Source: an uncultured virus (IMG/VR IMGVR_UViG_3300032294_002400)
Lineage: Duplodnaviria > Heunggongvirae > Uroviricota > Caudoviricetes
DNA length: 64,000 nt
IMG/VR virus record: IMGVR_UViG_3300032294_002400
Strand: one strand, 5' to 3'
Shown here: one piece after another, positions 38,755 through 53,161 of the stretch
Layout of the letters: each line of letters begins with the position of its first letter
Position numbering within the stretch: position 1 is the first letter of the stretch
Made by a program: the position numbers and the translations under genes
Notes under the pieces: model-generated
Databases searched by the model: none
Told to the model about the DNA's origin: nothing
The model's input: only the letters and a program-made list of their open reading frames with translations

Positions 38755-39809
38755 ACTTGGTTCTCTATGCCCATCTCGTAAAATCTCATGTTGTTGCGTA
38801 GGCGTAGATCCGCAGGGTTTCCATCAATTGCAAGCTGGCCATATTTAACAGCCTTTGCCTTATCGCCAAGGTTGTGCGCTGATAGAGCTTGCATGTCATA
38901 TAGACGCCACTTCCATAGCTCTTCGCTAGATAGATAATGAGATGTTTTTTCACAGCGCGCCGCAATCTTGCACGTTTCCCAAACTCCGCCCCAGTCTTGC
39001 TGCTCGTAGTAGCAACGAACTTTTTCAAAGTAGTTTTCACCGCAAGGGTCAATTTCAATCGCGCGGTCTGCCCACATCATTGCATTTTCAGGCTGTCCTA
39101 AAGCTCGACACGCCTCGCTTGCCCAACGGCAGACAGCAGCTCTTTCAACAAACCAGTCCTTACTAAAGCTGTGAACTTTCTCAGCGCTTGATAGCACTAG
39201 ATCCCACATCTTGTAGAACATATACTCGCGAGTTAAATACACCCAGATGCGGTGATCTTCTCCAAACTCCTTTGATGCTGCAACAAGCATAGGTAGGTAT
39301 TGTCCACGTGATTTTGTGTTGTCTGGCTTGTGAGACATCTTAGTTCCGGTGATAGTTACGCTTTTAATTCCTGTATCAAGCGATGGAACAAACACCTCGT
39401 GAATTGGGTACTTCCAATACATGCCGTGCCGTGCGTGAAGGCGTGCGCCTAGCCAGGTGTGTCCTGTATCAAAATCACACCAACCTTTGTTAGCTCCAGG
39501 AATCCACTGCTTGCGAACCTCGTCAAAAAAGTTTTCATCTACAAGCTCATCCATATCTAAAGACAGGCAGACGTCTATATCGTCTGGCAATAAACTTTGT
39601 GCAGTGTTACGCGCAACGTCAAAGCGCCAGGGCTTTACTCTAATTTCGTGAACTATGACTCCATGCTCACGTAAGATCTCGACCGTACGGTCTGTGGATC
39701 CAGTGTCACAGACTAGGCGGAAGTCCGCATCCTTGGTAGTTTCTGCCCAGCGGGCAGCATGTTTTTCTTCATTTAGCGAGATGGCGTATGCGGCAACTTT
39801 CATGGTCAT
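38751..39809 (-). CDS. GT2 glycosyltransferase with C-terminal TPR repeats
   Basis: YAI..NE, DTGSTD.T, WRFD.ARN, LD.DE and HE motifs; helical TPR-like C-terminus. Confidence 0.85.
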   Translation of the reverse strand: MTMKVAAYAISLNEEKHAARWAETTKDADFRLVCDTGSTDRTVEILREHGVIVHEIRVKPWRFDVARNTAQSLLPDDIDVCLSLDMDELVDENFFDEVRKQWIPGANKGWCDFDTGHTWLGARLHARHGMYWKYPIHEVFVPSLDTGIKSVTITGTKMSHKPDNTKSRGQYLPMLVAASKEFGEDHRIWVYLTREYMFYKMWDLVLSSAEKVHSFSKDWFVERAAVCRWASEACRALGQPENAMMWADRAIEIDPCGENYFEKVRCYYEQQDWGGVWETCKIAARCEKTSHYLSSEELWKWRLYDMQALSAHNLGDKAKAVKYGQLAIDGNPADLRLRNNMRFYEMGIENQV

Positions 39810-39962
39810 ACCTTATCAAGATTAACACTATAAAATACACTTATACTGCTAAAATATATCTATATAATAATACTCAAGATCGAGTCAAACTGCCAGCTAA
39901 TCAGGTAAAGTTGGATAGCATAATACAATAATATTTATAATAAAAACCTGTAGCGCGTCAGG

Positions 39963-40871
39963 CTATAGGTTAAAAAATTGAAGCATTTCTTCTTGGCTAA
40001 ACCTATCCTTATTATTTTCACTGTTTATAGAAAAATTATGGATTTCAGACGTGTCACGCAGGATATATCTGTCATGTTGCTCTTCGACAGTGCCTATGTC
40101 ATTTCTGCATAGCAAATCTTCATGCATTTTTTCTGTTTTCCTCATGCCGATGTACTCTATTTCATCATCAGTGGCTATCAAAGTTGCAATGTCGTATACT
40201 AAAGCACTTTTCATTTTGGGCAAAAAAAGTTCTCCTCCAGAAGAATTAAGTAGAGAAGATATGCAAAACTTTGCAGCGTCTTTTTCAGAAATAAAAAATC
40301 TTGTCATTTTTTTGTCAGTTATAAATATTTTTTCTTGGGCAGTAATTGCTGTTTTCCACTTTTTAAAAATTGATCCGTTACTTCCAATTACGTTTCCGTA
40401 CCTTAACGCAGAAAACCTTGTGTCTGAAAAAGAATTTGCCAAAATAACATTTTTTTCTGCAAGCAGTTTAGTTGTGCCATATAAACTTGTTGGGGCACAA
40501 GCTTTATCACTAGACGTTAAAATCATTCCAGCCACGCCGTTCTGAATGCACGCGTTAACAACGTTATTTGTACCTACAACGTTAATATTTGTAGTTTCAT
40601 ATGGAATTTCTGCGGCTATATCTATATGCTTATTTGCCGCTGTGTGTATAACATAATCAATGCCTCTTGTAGCTAAAAAAATTGAATTAAAATCTTTTAT
40701 GTCTCCTACAACAAATTTTATTTTTTTATTTTTAAAAAGATCTTTCATTGCCATTTGTTCTTTTATGTTTCTTGAATATACTACTATTTCAGACACTGAA
40801 TTGTCAAGCAATAGTTCTTTACAGATAGAGTGTCCCACAGATCCTGTGCCGCCGGTTACTAAAAATTTCAT
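39963..40871 (-). CDS. UDP-N-acetylhexosamine 4,6-dehydratase (PseB/CapD-like SDR)
   Basis: TGGTGS.G, H.AA.KH, S(S)DKA..P..YG.TK, RYGNV.GS.GS and MTRF motifs. Confidence 0.88.
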   Translation of the reverse strand: MKFLVTGGTGSVGHSICKELLLDNSVSEIVVYSRNIKEQMAMKDLFKNKKIKFVVGDIKDFNSIFLATRGIDYVIHTAANKHIDIAAEIPYETTNINVVGTNNVVNACIQNGVAGMILTSSDKACAPTSLYGTTKLLAEKNVILANSFSDTRFSALRYGNVIGSNGSIFKKWKTAITAQEKIFITDKKMTRFFISEKDAAKFCISSLLNSSGGELFLPKMKSALVYDIATLIATDDEIEYIGMRKTEKMHEDLLCRNDIGTVEEQHDRYILRDTSEIHNFSINSENNKDRFSQEEMLQFFNL

Positions 40872-40884
40872 TTGCTAATTCACC

Positions 40885-41601
40885 TTACTCATCAAACTGT
40901 CCAAGTTTTTCTATATTTTTATAGTACTTTGACTCAGAATCAACGTATAAAGTAGTTAATACTGTTGTTGCTATAGGCAAGTATCCTTTGCCTTCTAAAG
41001 CTTTTCTTATTGGAGAGTCAGAAAAAATAGAGTTACTTATGTCTTCAATCATGATAAAAGGTATTTTTACGCTACTAGAGTAGGTACTTATTACGTCTAA
41101 ATCTTTTCCTTCAATGTCAATACTCATAAAGAAAGGTATTTCTTTAAAATAAGAAATGTGCATATTGACTATTTCATCTATAGTTTTTGCTTGAACTGTC
41201 TTTACAACAGCAATGTCTGTTCGCTGAGATTTTACCTTTCTTTCAGCGTATTCTAATGATGTTGTGTTAGACGAGTCGTAGTCTGCAAAAACATAAAATT
41301 CTTTTTCACCAGACTCTACTTCTACTGCGTAATTAAGAAGTAAATCATTTGGTCTTGTCTCTTTGATTACTTGGTTGTAGTGTGGGTTGGGGTCAACTAA
41401 AGTCCCTGTCCATCCCCGCCTGTGCAAGAAAAATGTATTAGAGTACATTACTGGATGAAACGCGCCTACGTCTAAATAAGTTTTTTTATCAAATAGATTA
41501 GTATTCATTACCCACGAAAGATGCTGCATTACTCCGTTTAACAGCGCATCTTCTCCGTAAGAACCATAAGAATCAAATGGCTTATACTCCGTTTGATCCA
41601 T
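40885..41601 (-). CDS. FkbM-family methyltransferase
   Basis: S.GED, YLDVGA.HP...SNT, GW.G..VDPN and SID.EG.D motifs. Confidence 0.8.
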   Translation of the reverse strand: MDQTEYKPFDSYGSYGEDALLNGVMQHLSWVMNTNLFDKKTYLDVGAFHPVMYSNTFFLHRRGWTGTLVDPNPHYNQVIKETRPNDLLLNYAVEVESGEKEFYVFADYDSSNTTSLEYAERKVKSQRTDIAVVKTVQAKTIDEIVNMHISYFKEIPFFMSIDIEGKDLDVISTYSSSVKIPFIMIEDISNSIFSDSPIRKALEGKGYLPIATTVLTTLYVDSESKYYKNIEKLGQFDE

Positions 41602-41603
41602 TT

Positions 41604-42407
41604 TTACTCACTTCTTGGTTCATTTTTAACAAATAAAACATTCCATTGTTTTCCAGAACAAATGTCTGAAAATTCAACTCGGGTCATTGTGTCAATGTCA
41701 TAGCAAAGTCTTCCAAAAGCTACTTCATTAAAAAAACTTTTTGAAGTATATGGACCCATTTCCATTATAATATACGGAGTATTTTTTATATTGTCGGTTG
41801 CACCACTCCAAAAGTCTTCTTCTCCTCCTTCTATATCAACCTTTATTAAGTCTGGTTGCTCATCTTCTAATGCTAAACTATCGACCCTTTTTATTTCGCA
41901 TTCTATAGTTTCCCATTCGATATCTAAAAAAGAATTTGCAAAGTCTTTAAATGATTCTTTAAACGTTGATCCGCCAAGATTGTCTTTATTTACCATAAAC
42001 TTTGTATTCTTAGTTTCGCTACCTAAGCCGAAAGAATGTACATGTATGGGCGCAGCGTTTTCATAAGTATTTAGTTTTTGAGCAGCAATATACTTGTTTA
42101 CTAAGTCTATCTGTGGTTCAAACGCACGTACTAATCCTTTTGGCCCGGAAAGCCTTGACGAAAGCTCAGTAACTTCAAACATATTAGCTCCAACGTCATA
42201 CACAACCCAACCTGGTTTTACATTTTTAATTAGCCATTCTGCTAAAAAAGGATCAAAAGTTCCAGATTGCTCTACGTATTTTTTATGAATATAGTCATTT
42301 TTGTAGCCAGCAAATAAGTAAAAATCCATATACTTTGATTTCACAAAATCATTATCACCTGTTTGATCTTGGTTCATTTGATTTTCATCCATTTCATTTT
42401 TATTCAT
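41604..42407 (-). CDS. FkbM-family methyltransferase
   Basis: DVGAN, V.AFEP, GLG and KVDIEG.E motifs. Confidence 0.8.
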   Translation of the reverse strand: MNKNEMDENQMNQDQTGDNDFVKSKYMDFYLFAGYKNDYIHKKYVEQSGTFDPFLAEWLIKNVKPGWVVYDVGANMFEVTELSSRLSGPKGLVRAFEPQIDLVNKYIAAQKLNTYENAAPIHVHSFGLGSETKNTKFMVNKDNLGGSTFKESFKDFANSFLDIEWETIECEIKRVDSLALEDEQPDLIKVDIEGGEEDFWSGATDNIKNTPYIIMEMGPYTSKSFFNEVAFGRLCYDIDTMTRVEFSDICSGKQWNVLFVKNEPRSE

Positions 42408-43134
42408 TAAACAGTCCTAAAACGTATTTATTGTAGAAAAACTCTATTGCTGACCCTGAAGGCAGATTATTTTTGTCTATTCCAGCCCTAGACGCCATTT
42501 CGTTATACACGCTAAAACTTTTTATATTTTTAGAAATTTCAATAACATTTTTAAAATGTTCTGGCGTCCACAGGTAGTACCAGTCTTGCCACTCTATTCC
42601 ATTGACCAAAGATTCATCGATTAAGTACCTTTTATAGTCTGGAAACATATCAAAGGCTTTATTAAGAATATTTGAATTGGTATCCGTCCACCCGAGAAGA
42701 GACCTGTCTACCATGTCCGATGACTTTATTATATGCTGAAGTATGTCTGATCCTTGGGGCAGTCTGAAGATTCCGTTTTGAACTTCTCCATTGTGTTGCA
42801 TGATGCAATAGTATTCGTCGTCAGGGAACCACTCGTCTGTCAAGCAAATAGTGTCTGCGTCTACCCAACCAAAATTAAATTTTTCAACCATTTTGTATCT
42901 AAATACGTCTGCAAAATTGGCCATGTTTCCAATTCCGTCGTACGCCATCACGTCATTAGCGTCTCTCAGAACGACTTGATCTGGAACTTTTCCAATATCT
43001 TCATACACAAAAAGGTTTACTTTATGGCCGTGTTTTACAAAAGAACTAAAACATATCTCTTGTATTTTTGTTATGTTTTTACCTACCCAGAGAGAACCTA
43101 GTTCTGCCACGACCCTACCTCTTTCTTTATACAC
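42400..43134 (-). CDS. DXD-motif glycosyltransferase (GT32 / alpha-1,4-GT-like)
   Basis: SLWVG, SF..HGH...LF.Y, DAN, FAD.FRY and W.DAD motifs. Confidence 0.75.
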   Translation of the reverse strand: MYKERGRVVAELGSLWVGKNITKIQEICFSSFVKHGHKVNLFVYEDIGKVPDQVVLRDANDVMAYDGIGNMANFADVFRYKMVEKFNFGWVDADTICLTDEWFPDDEYYCIMQHNGEVQNGIFRLPQGSDILQHIIKSSDMVDRSLLGWTDTNSNILNKAFDMFPDYKRYLIDESLVNGIEWQDWYYLWTPEHFKNVIEISKNIKSFSVYNEMASRAGIDKNNLPSGSAIEFFYNKYVLGLFNE

Positions 43135-43208
43135 CTATAGGATTGTGAATCCGGGCTAATACTGACATGCGTACTATAAAATAGTATCATATAGGGCACT
43201 GTTAATAG

Positions 43209-44693
43209 CTAGAATATATAATCTTTTCCGTATTTAGACGTAAAATATCGCACATTGTCGTTAGAAGAGGTTTTCCACTCTTCTCTAGAATGCTCTAGAG
43301 ACACTCCTATTCCGTCAATATAGTCAAAAAGTCTTCCATACTTATCTAAGTACCTTTTGTGATAATCTATGTCTTCTTGTCCCCAGCCGACGTAGTTTTC
43401 GTCAAAACCGCCTAGCTCGTTAAAGGTTTTTTTAGTTATAACGAGCAGACCAGAGCACACCCATAAGCGGTCGGTTTTTCCGTCTTTTAGCTTAGGGTTA
43501 GTATTTCTTCTGTTATGTAAGTTAATAGATTCTGGTCGCTCTTCTAAAAACTTTTTTGTTCCTTCGTACGACAACTCTACGTAGTCGTTGTAAGGAAGAC
43601 TGATATGCTCTGTTTTAATTGAATTTAATATCGCTTTTATTAAAGAATCTTTTGATGGAAAAAAATCAGCATCACTTGATAAAACTATGTCTGCGCCACC
43701 CTCGAACGCTTCTATTATCCCTTTATTCCTGCTAGACGAAAGATTAAAAATTTGATGATTACTATCAGATAAGATAATACTAAACGTAGGAAATTCTTTA
43801 CAATACCATTTTGTTAAATAAGTAAATATTTCAGCTCTTGATTCTGTTCTTCTCCACGGAATTACGACAGCTATTTTTTTATTAACTATTATATTATCTA
43901 AAAAAGATTTAGAAAAGTAGCTTTTATTACTGGTGCTGATTATGTCTTGATACTCAATAGTTGTAGACTTTGACCACCTTACTTCATAGTCATTTGCGCT
44001 TTTTACATTTTGCCTATGGTGCTCGTCTGACACTTGTATTGATGACTTTGATATATTAAATGAAAAAAGAGGACAAGAGATAGTAGTTGTCATACCGTAC
44101 ACGATCCACTCGGCGGTTGGCTGAGACAAAATATAGGCATTATTTCTATAATCTAGAATACTTAAACTGACAAAATTATCTAAAACAAATATATTATTTT
44201 TAATATATGTGTCTACTAGCTTTTTTCCATATTTTCTGCTTATTAAATACACTGTACAGTTAAAGTCCCATGGGGTTCTTTCATGCGCATTAAAGTTTAA
44301 ACTTACATCTTCTCTTGTAGAAATTGCCAGTTGAAAGCATTCAGTACCTTTAAAATTATTAAATAAATCTGTAATAGTAAAATTGATCTTTTTAAGGTTA
44401 TCGAGCTTTGCATCATCTTCACAAAACATTGCATACTCGTCGTCTGAGTTTTCTATAAAATATTTTATAGCAGTTAAATGTGATAAAGAAGTTGCAATTT
44501 CTACATTTCTACAGCCTTTGGTCCGCCCCTGGACTAAAGTAGATTCTGGAACATCAAACTCAGTTAGTGCTTCTATTCTTTCATATCTTTTTATGCCAAG
44601 TTCTGACATTTGTTGAATAAAAATATCATCTCTGTCTTTTCTTTCACTAAGATTGATATAATATATTTTGTAATTTTCTAAAAACTTTGTCAT
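43209..44693 (-). CDS. Two-domain glycosyltransferase: GT25-like N-terminus plus GT2/GT7-like C-terminus
   Basis: N-terminal YINL..R.DR, SH..A and EDD; C-terminal VIPWR, FN.S..RN.G, DAD and GGFDE.Y.GWG.ED. Confidence 0.8.
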   Translation of the reverse strand: MTKFLENYKIYYINLSERKDRDDIFIQQMSELGIKRYERIEALTEFDVPESTLVQGRTKGCRNVEIATSLSHLTAIKYFIENSDDEYAMFCEDDAKLDNLKKINFTITDLFNNFKGTECFQLAISTREDVSLNFNAHERTPWDFNCTVYLISRKYGKKLVDTYIKNNIFVLDNFVSLSILDYRNNAYILSQPTAEWIVYGMTTTISCPLFSFNISKSSIQVSDEHHRQNVKSANDYEVRWSKSTTIEYQDIISTSNKSYFSKSFLDNIIVNKKIAVVIPWRRTESRAEIFTYLTKWYCKEFPTFSIILSDSNHQIFNLSSSRNKGIIEAFEGGADIVLSSDADFFPSKDSLIKAILNSIKTEHISLPYNDYVELSYEGTKKFLEERPESINLHNRRNTNPKLKDGKTDRLWVCSGLLVITKKTFNELGGFDENYVGWGQEDIDYHKRYLDKYGRLFDYIDGIGVSLEHSREEWKTSSNDNVRYFTSKYGKDYIF

Positions 44694-44805
44694 AAGTTCT
44701 CTATGCTTTTAAGATTTAAAAGTCTAATTAACGACTTGATTTTTTTATACTTATATGCTAAAGAAAAATTGCTGCTGTCTACATAAATCATTACATATTT
44801 CATAA

Positions 44806-45393
44806 TTATAAAGCTCTTAAAAAATCTTTATTTGGAAATAAAGCGCTGCTTTTTATCCCTAAAAAATAGCATATCTTTTTTTCAATTTGGTCGTCGCTTA
44901 ATGATAAAGTTAAAAGTCTATCTGTTCCATAAAAAAAGTCCTTTACACTTTTTCTATGCTCATTGTAGTATTCAAGCTGTTCTTCTTTAGACAAAACTGG
45001 ATGTTTTTCAACATCTATACTTATATACTTGCCATAGTATATTTTTTCAAATTTTGTTAAGAACTCTCTTTTAAACTTGGTTTTTTCTTTATACGAGACG
45101 CACGACTCGTACCATGCAAGAGGATCTCTCTCTACTAATATGAACTTTGCGTTTGGATACTTTTTAGAAAAGTGATCATATAAAAAAGTATATGGTGTGT
45201 CGTTAAAAGCGTTAAAAGATTCTTCTAATGGAGATATTAAGTCAATTATATCTTTTTCATTGTTAAATTGATCTAAATCAAAATCTATAGTTTGACCTAT
45301 CCAATGGTGTGACTTATAGCCTATGCTAGTTAAAAAATCGTGCATTGACTGTGTGCCAGAGCGAGGGCTGCTGACATTAAAAACTTTATCCAT
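44806..45393 (-). CDS. Sulfotransferase (P-loop, PAPS-dependent)
   Basis: 5'-PSB-like PRSGT.S, D.P, YPNAKFIL..RD...W..S and FLG motifs. Confidence 0.75.
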   Translation of the reverse strand: MDKVFNVSSPRSGTQSMHDFLTSIGYKSHHWIGQTIDFDLDQFNNEKDIIDLISPLEESFNAFNDTPYTFLYDHFSKKYPNAKFILVERDPLAWYESCVSYKEKTKFKREFLTKFEKIYYGKYISIDVEKHPVLSKEEQLEYYNEHRKSVKDFFYGTDRLLTLSLSDDQIEKKICYFLGIKSSALFPNKDFLRAL

Positions 45394-45445
45394 TATAACG
45401 CTCCCATAGACGTACTATAACATGTTCCTACTAACAGTGAGGTAG

Positions 45446-46135
45446 CTAAAGATCGTTTGTATTTCTAATGTTATCTGGGTCAATTGTTGATTTGATATTT
45501 ATGTAGTCGTGCTTTAAAAAATAAAGATTATCTGGAACTATAGAGTACCCGTCGACAGTTCCTTCATGGCACTGACGAAATACAAAGCAGTCTGTAGTGT
45601 ACTGTATTCCTGTTCTTTTTAAAATTTTTAAAAGCGTTTTCGCTCCAGAAAAAGAATAAACCATCGCTTGTCCTGCAGAAAACTGAGTTAAGGCTCTATG
45701 TATATATCGAGAACCAATGTCTGTTTTTTTATCAAAACTATTTTGTTCTTTAAAATAGTACAAAGATAGAAAGTCAAAATCTTTAGGCAAGTCATTTAAG
45801 CACAACTGCAAATTTGATACAAAATCTTTTTCCAATACTACATCATCTTCTAGCATTAAAAACATGTCAACATTGTTATTAACTATATACTCCCACACGT
45901 TAATTGTGCTTACCCAAACTCCTAACTCTCCAGGCAATGGCGGAAGAGACCTTCCATCATACGGATTCCATACATCTTGTCTAATACCCTTATGATTTAT
46001 TACGTCCCAGGCATTTCCTTTGTTTCCATTAAAAAATTCTATACTGTTTACATGCTCGAAACCAGACAATATAGACTTGTTATAGTCCATATTTTCTTTT
46101 GATCTATCGTTTATGTGAACAATTGTATATTTCAT
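45446..46135 (-). CDS. GT25-family glycosyltransferase
   Basis: GE.G.W.S...W and LEDD motifs; LP.DFD. Confidence 0.75.
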   Translation of the reverse strand: MKYTIVHINDRSKENMDYNKSILSGFEHVNSIEFFNGNKGNAWDVINHKGIRQDVWNPYDGRSLPPLPGELGVWVSTINVWEYIVNNNVDMFLMLEDDVVLEKDFVSNLQLCLNDLPKDFDFLSLYYFKEQNSFDKKTDIGSRYIHRALTQFSAGQAMVYSFSGAKTLLKILKRTGIQYTTDCFVFRQCHEGTVDGYSIVPDNLYFLKHDYINIKSTIDPDNIRNTNDL

Positions 46136-47235
46136 TATAGGTATTTAGCAAAGTTTTCAAACTTTTCTCTTCCAATCCTTCCTATAAGACTGTCAATTGC
46201 GTCATTAGTTCTTTTTTGCCAATTATACTCTGAAGTGACTTGATCAATCTGATTATAAAATAGATCTGATTGATGGTCAAAGTCTTCAACGGCTTTTTTC
46301 ATTAAGTAAACCATTGAATCTATGTCTGGCAAAACAACATTACCGTGCCGTACGTATGTTTCAACTATTGGAGATACTCCCAATGTTGATTCGATAACGT
46401 TTCCATTTAAAAATTTTTCATACGAACACCAACGACTTGTCGATATTACTGGCATTCCAGTAGCCAGTGCTTGAAGAGGGATTAGTCCAAACCCTTCTCC
46501 TTCTGATGGATAAATAAGAATGTCATGAAACTTAAAAAGACTTACGAGTTGATCTAGTGTGATATTTTCTTTAATATGCCTTACGGTGGCTGACTCCCAC
46601 GTCCCTCTTTCGGCAAGAACAGATTCATCGTGCCAATCTGCGTCGGACTGCGAATAATGACTATGCTTTAATGTTATTTCATAGCCAAATTTTCCTCCGA
46701 ATGCCTTTTTAAAAGCTTCTACTGCTAATGGCGCACGTTTTCTTGGCGATCCAGAGTCTACGTGAAGAAATCTAATAACATCTTTTCTTTTTCTTTTACG
46801 AGGAGTCCACACTGAAGCGTCTACTCCATGTTCGAACACATGTATTTTTTCTGCAGGAACACCTGCGTCAATAAAGGCGTTTGCTCCGAACTGATTAGCA
46901 GTCCACCATTCGTCGTAGCGTTTTGCATGATCTACCCAGTTAGGTGGGATTAGTGTTGACTCCCATTGAGTCATTTGAATTTTATATTGATGGTCGTAAA
47001 AAAACCCTCCAGGAGATCCATAGTAAAGTTGCACTTGAGATTTAGGAGAATTTATGTCAATGCTTATTTGTTCGTCGTTATATTTATACTGCCTTAGGTG
47101 TTTTGCTATCTCTTGATACGTGTACGCGTACCCGAAATAAGACCCAGACGCTCTAACGTGCGGGTCGGCATATAAGGACATTCTAAACATTTTGCCTGCT
47201 CCTCTCCATTTATGCTCTGCCTTACAGATACGCAT
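46135..47235 (-). CDS. GT4-family (GT-B) glycosyltransferase
   Basis: WES..P..W, HGVD, RK and YPS.GEGFGL.PLQA.ATG.P.I motifs. The true start may be a few codons downstream. Confidence 0.85.
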   Translation of the reverse strand: MRICKAEHKWRGAGKMFRMSLYADPHVRASGSYFGYAYTYQEIAKHLRQYKYNDEQISIDINSPKSQVQLYYGSPGGFFYDHQYKIQMTQWESTLIPPNWVDHAKRYDEWWTANQFGANAFIDAGVPAEKIHVFEHGVDASVWTPRKRKRKDVIRFLHVDSGSPRKRAPLAVEAFKKAFGGKFGYEITLKHSHYSQSDADWHDESVLAERGTWESATVRHIKENITLDQLVSLFKFHDILIYPSEGEGFGLIPLQALATGMPVISTSRWCSYEKFLNGNVIESTLGVSPIVETYVRHGNVVLPDIDSMVYLMKKAVEDFDHQSDLFYNQIDQVTSEYNWQKRTNDAIDSLIGRIGREKFENFAKYL

Positions 47236-47320
47236 ACTTCTAGCCGTTTATGTATTATAGCATAAGTTTGCCTATATAAGCGGCTTGCGACGCAGTTTGT
47301 GCGAACAACGTAGAAGCGTA

Positions 47321-48187
47321 CTAGGAGATGTCGCCTATTACTAAGAAAGTGTTACTTGCGGTGCACACTAACGACGCTGCTGAATATTGTGCTCTGAGCT
47401 TAGGAGCCGAGGCAGTCGCACCTGTTGAAATTATCGTAACTCCAGATCCTTGCGCAAACGTGACCTGCCCTGAACCAGTCTGCGCTACGTTGACAACGTC
47501 GTTCGGGCTAAAAACTGAAGGAGGCACGGTAATTGTTATTGCACTAGCATTATTTAAAGTTACAAGGTCATTAAGATCTGTTAACTGCAAAGTATAGCTT
47601 GTTCCTGTGTCATTATTTATTGCAAGGATTGCTCCTGCAGCTCCTGTTGCGCCTGTTGCTCCTGTTGAACCTGTACTTCCAATCGCACCTGTTGCGCCAG
47701 TAAGTCCTGTCGCTCCTGTAGATCCGTTAGTCCCATTAGATCCTGTAGGACCAGTCGCTCCTACCGCGCCAGTCTCACCAACAGCTCCTGTAGGACCAGT
47801 AACTGTTGAGCCGGTAGAACCAGTCGGGCCGGTGTTGCCAATTGCGCCCTTTGCGGCGAGCAAGTCCCAACGTGCGGACGAGCCTGGAATGTGCGACATG
47901 ATGTCGCCTGATGAAATAGCTGTGTTGCAGTAGTAAGTGCTGCCGTTATATTGAACAACGTCACCGACGCTGTATCCGATAAAATCGAAAGCAGCTTCCC
48001 AGTTAATTCCTGTAATGCCCGTTGCGCCTGTCTGGCCTACTGCTCCAGTTGGGCCGACGGCGCCCGTTGCTCCTGTAGGCGCGAAATTACGAATTACCTT
48101 CCAAACACTGCCGTCCCATCGCCAGGTAGTAGAACCCGACGTAAACTCGTCGTTTGACGACGGAGTGTTAGGAAAATCAATAGGCAT
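47321..48187 (-). CDS. Collagen-like fibre protein
   Basis: G-X-T repeats. N-terminal PIDFP.TP..W.W module and C-terminal YTL..D......ITVP..Q.G.GQVT..LR.QYS domain. Confidence 0.8.
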   Translation of the reverse strand: MPIDFPNTPSSNDEFTSGSTTWRWDGSVWKVIRNFAPTGATGAVGPTGAVGQTGATGITGINWEAAFDFIGYSVGDVVQYNGSTYYCNTAISSGDIMSHIPGSSARWDLLAAKGAIGNTGPTGSTGSTVTGPTGAVGETGAVGATGPTGSNGTNGSTGATGLTGATGAIGSTGSTGATGATGAAGAILAINNDTGTSYTLQLTDLNDLVTLNNASAITITVPPSVFSPNDVVNVAQTGSGQVTFAQGSGVTIISTGATASAPKLRAQYSAASLVCTASNTFLVIGDIS

Positions 48188-48250
48188 AGGTCTCTCTCAT
48201 CTGACGTGACTCTAGGGCATACTATACTACAAATCTCGGTTTTTATCTTA

Positions 48251-48291
48251 AAAGAAACGCCCGTCTTCCGAAGAAGAACGGGCGTTTCTTT
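48251..48291. terminator. Intrinsic (possibly bidirectional) terminator
   Basis: AAAGAAACGCCCGT...ACGGGCGTTTCTTT inverted repeat downstream of the 48304..51264 gene. Confidence 0.8.
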
Positions 48292-48303
48292 GTTAAGAAT
48301 GGG

Positions 48304-51270
<2,967 letters not shown>

Positions 51271-51360
51271 TCATTTCACTCGAGTGGGAGAATTCCCGGG
51301 TGATATTCTATCCTCTATCAAATAAAATGATTAGGATAGTTTAAGGATTACAAAAAGGGA

Positions 51361-53148
51361 TTACCAGGACCCAGCTGTCCACGCAATACGATACCAAATT
51401 TTAGTTGAGTTGTTAACGTAGTTTTGTGTACAGAAGTAGTAATACGTTGCGTCAGAGGCAACGTCACCTGCTAAGTTTCCGGAGACTCCGTAGTCATGAG
51501 CTGGGACAGAAACTATACGACCAACACCGTCTGCGCCTGTTGGGCCAGTCTCTCCTAACGCACTGCTCGAAGCTTCTAGCCAGAAGCCGTCATAGAAAAT
51601 AAAGAACGTTCCACTTGAAGGATCAAACCATGCGTCACCAGTTTCTGCACCAGTTGGAGGTGTACCTTCATTTGTTGAGAAGATTGCGTCTGCGCCCGTT
51701 GGGCCGGTAGGTCCTGTTACGCCAGTCTCGCCTTTTTGAGCAATAAGAGTCCAGAATAGTCCTTCAGAAGGAGTGTCTCCAGTGTTTCCGCCATGAGCAT
51801 CAATGCGGTACCAAGTCTGTCCTTCGTAAGTTACTACGTCGCCAACTGCGTATGGCAGACCTAGATTATAAGCGCCAGTGAAGTTCCATAGAGCGTCTGC
51901 GCCCGTTGCGCCAGTAACGCCATCTGCTCCGGTCGTACCAGTTATTCCATCAGCTCCAGTAACTCCGGTATTTCCTGTTACACCATCTGCGCCTGTTGCA
52001 CCAGTCTGGCCTGTTGCTCCATCATTACCTGTCGCGCCTGTTGCTCCGTCTGCGCCAGTCGCACCATCAGCTCCGGTGACACCCGTTACACCTGCAGCTC
52101 CTGTTTCTCCTTGCGCGCCTGCTGCTCCGTCATTGCCTGTGGCACCAGTAGCTCCTACTGCGCCAGTAGCGCCTGCTGCTCCTTGTGGCCCAACAATTTG
52201 ACCAGCGTCGCTCCAACTTGAACCGTTCCAAACCCAAAGATTACCGTCTGCATCTACGATGTACGCATCATTGGTAGTGTTTCCAGTTGCTGGAAGTGAA
52301 CCAGTGTCTGCAACACTTCCAACAAAGTTGATGCTGACACCTTGTGGCCCTGTAGGTCCTGTTGCGCCGTCTGCACCAGTCGGACCAGTTGCACCAAAAC
52401 CATCAGGCAATTGTTCAAGAGGGACCTTGCCTGTAATATCAAGCTCGGCGACTCCGCCTGTCGCGCCTTTTTGCGTAAGCGGAATGTAGTCGCCAAGTGC
52501 TCCAGTAAGACTGTCAGTGCGAACAAGGTCATCAGGAAGTTGCTCATCGGGGACTACGCCTGATGCATTAAGAGTAGCAAGACCACCAGCAGTGCCTTCA
52601 TCTAATGAAAGTAAGCCAGTGCCAGTGTCATAGTTAAGAGAACCTGTAACGCTGATGATTGGGCTTTCGCCTGTTGGACCAGTCGCACCGTCTGCGCCGG
52701 TAGGGCCAGTCGCGCCAGTCGGGCCTGTCGCTCCACTGCCGCCGCCAGAAATAGAATCAATCTGCTCGCGATAAGTTTCAGCAATGATACCTGCTGCAAG
52801 AAGCTCGTCAATTCCTTGCTGAGTAAACGAAGGCTGCTCAGGTAAAAGAAGATTAGTAGTTACTGCAAGAATTACACCTGTGCCGCCAGGAGGCTCGATT
52901 GGGTCTCCTGCAGAGTCCCAAGAAACAACTAGGCTTATCGGGTTAACTGATACGTCAGTTAGCGAAGTAATTTCATAGCGAACTGCACCTGCGGTGTTGT
53001 CGTACAGATAAACGCGTTGGCCAATAGAAACATCTCCTGGACCATACAGCCCGGAGTCATCGATAAACGTTCCAGATATGTTATAGACACCTGTGGATGT
53101 TTCAGCTACTGATGTTACCGCAAAGCGACCGGATAGAGGTTTTGTCAT
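51361..53148 (-). CDS. Collagen-like fibre protein
   Basis: GAT/GPT/GAD repeats; modules shared with neighbouring collagen genes; C-terminal G...D..Y.Y.C....W.R. Confidence 0.82.
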   Translation of the reverse strand: MTKPLSGRFAVTSVAETSTGVYNISGTFIDDSGLYGPGDVSIGQRVYLYDNTAGAVRYEITSLTDVSVNPISLVVSWDSAGDPIEPPGGTGVILAVTTNLLLPEQPSFTQQGIDELLAAGIIAETYREQIDSISGGGSGATGPTGATGPTGADGATGPTGESPIISVTGSLNYDTGTGLLSLDEGTAGGLATLNASGVVPDEQLPDDLVRTDSLTGALGDYIPLTQKGATGGVAELDITGKVPLEQLPDGFGATGPTGADGATGPTGPQGVSINFVGSVADTGSLPATGNTTNDAYIVDADGNLWVWNGSSWSDAGQIVGPQGAAGATGAVGATGATGNDGAAGAQGETGAAGVTGVTGADGATGADGATGATGNDGATGQTGATGADGVTGNTGVTGADGITGTTGADGVTGATGADALWNFTGAYNLGLPYAVGDVVTYEGQTWYRIDAHGGNTGDTPSEGLFWTLIAQKGETGVTGPTGPTGADAIFSTNEGTPPTGAETGDAWFDPSSGTFFIFYDGFWLEASSSALGETGPTGADGVGRIVSVPAHDYGVSGNLAGDVASDATYYYFCTQNYVNNSTKIWYRIAWTAGSW

Positions 53149-53161
53149 TTGCTATCCTTCC

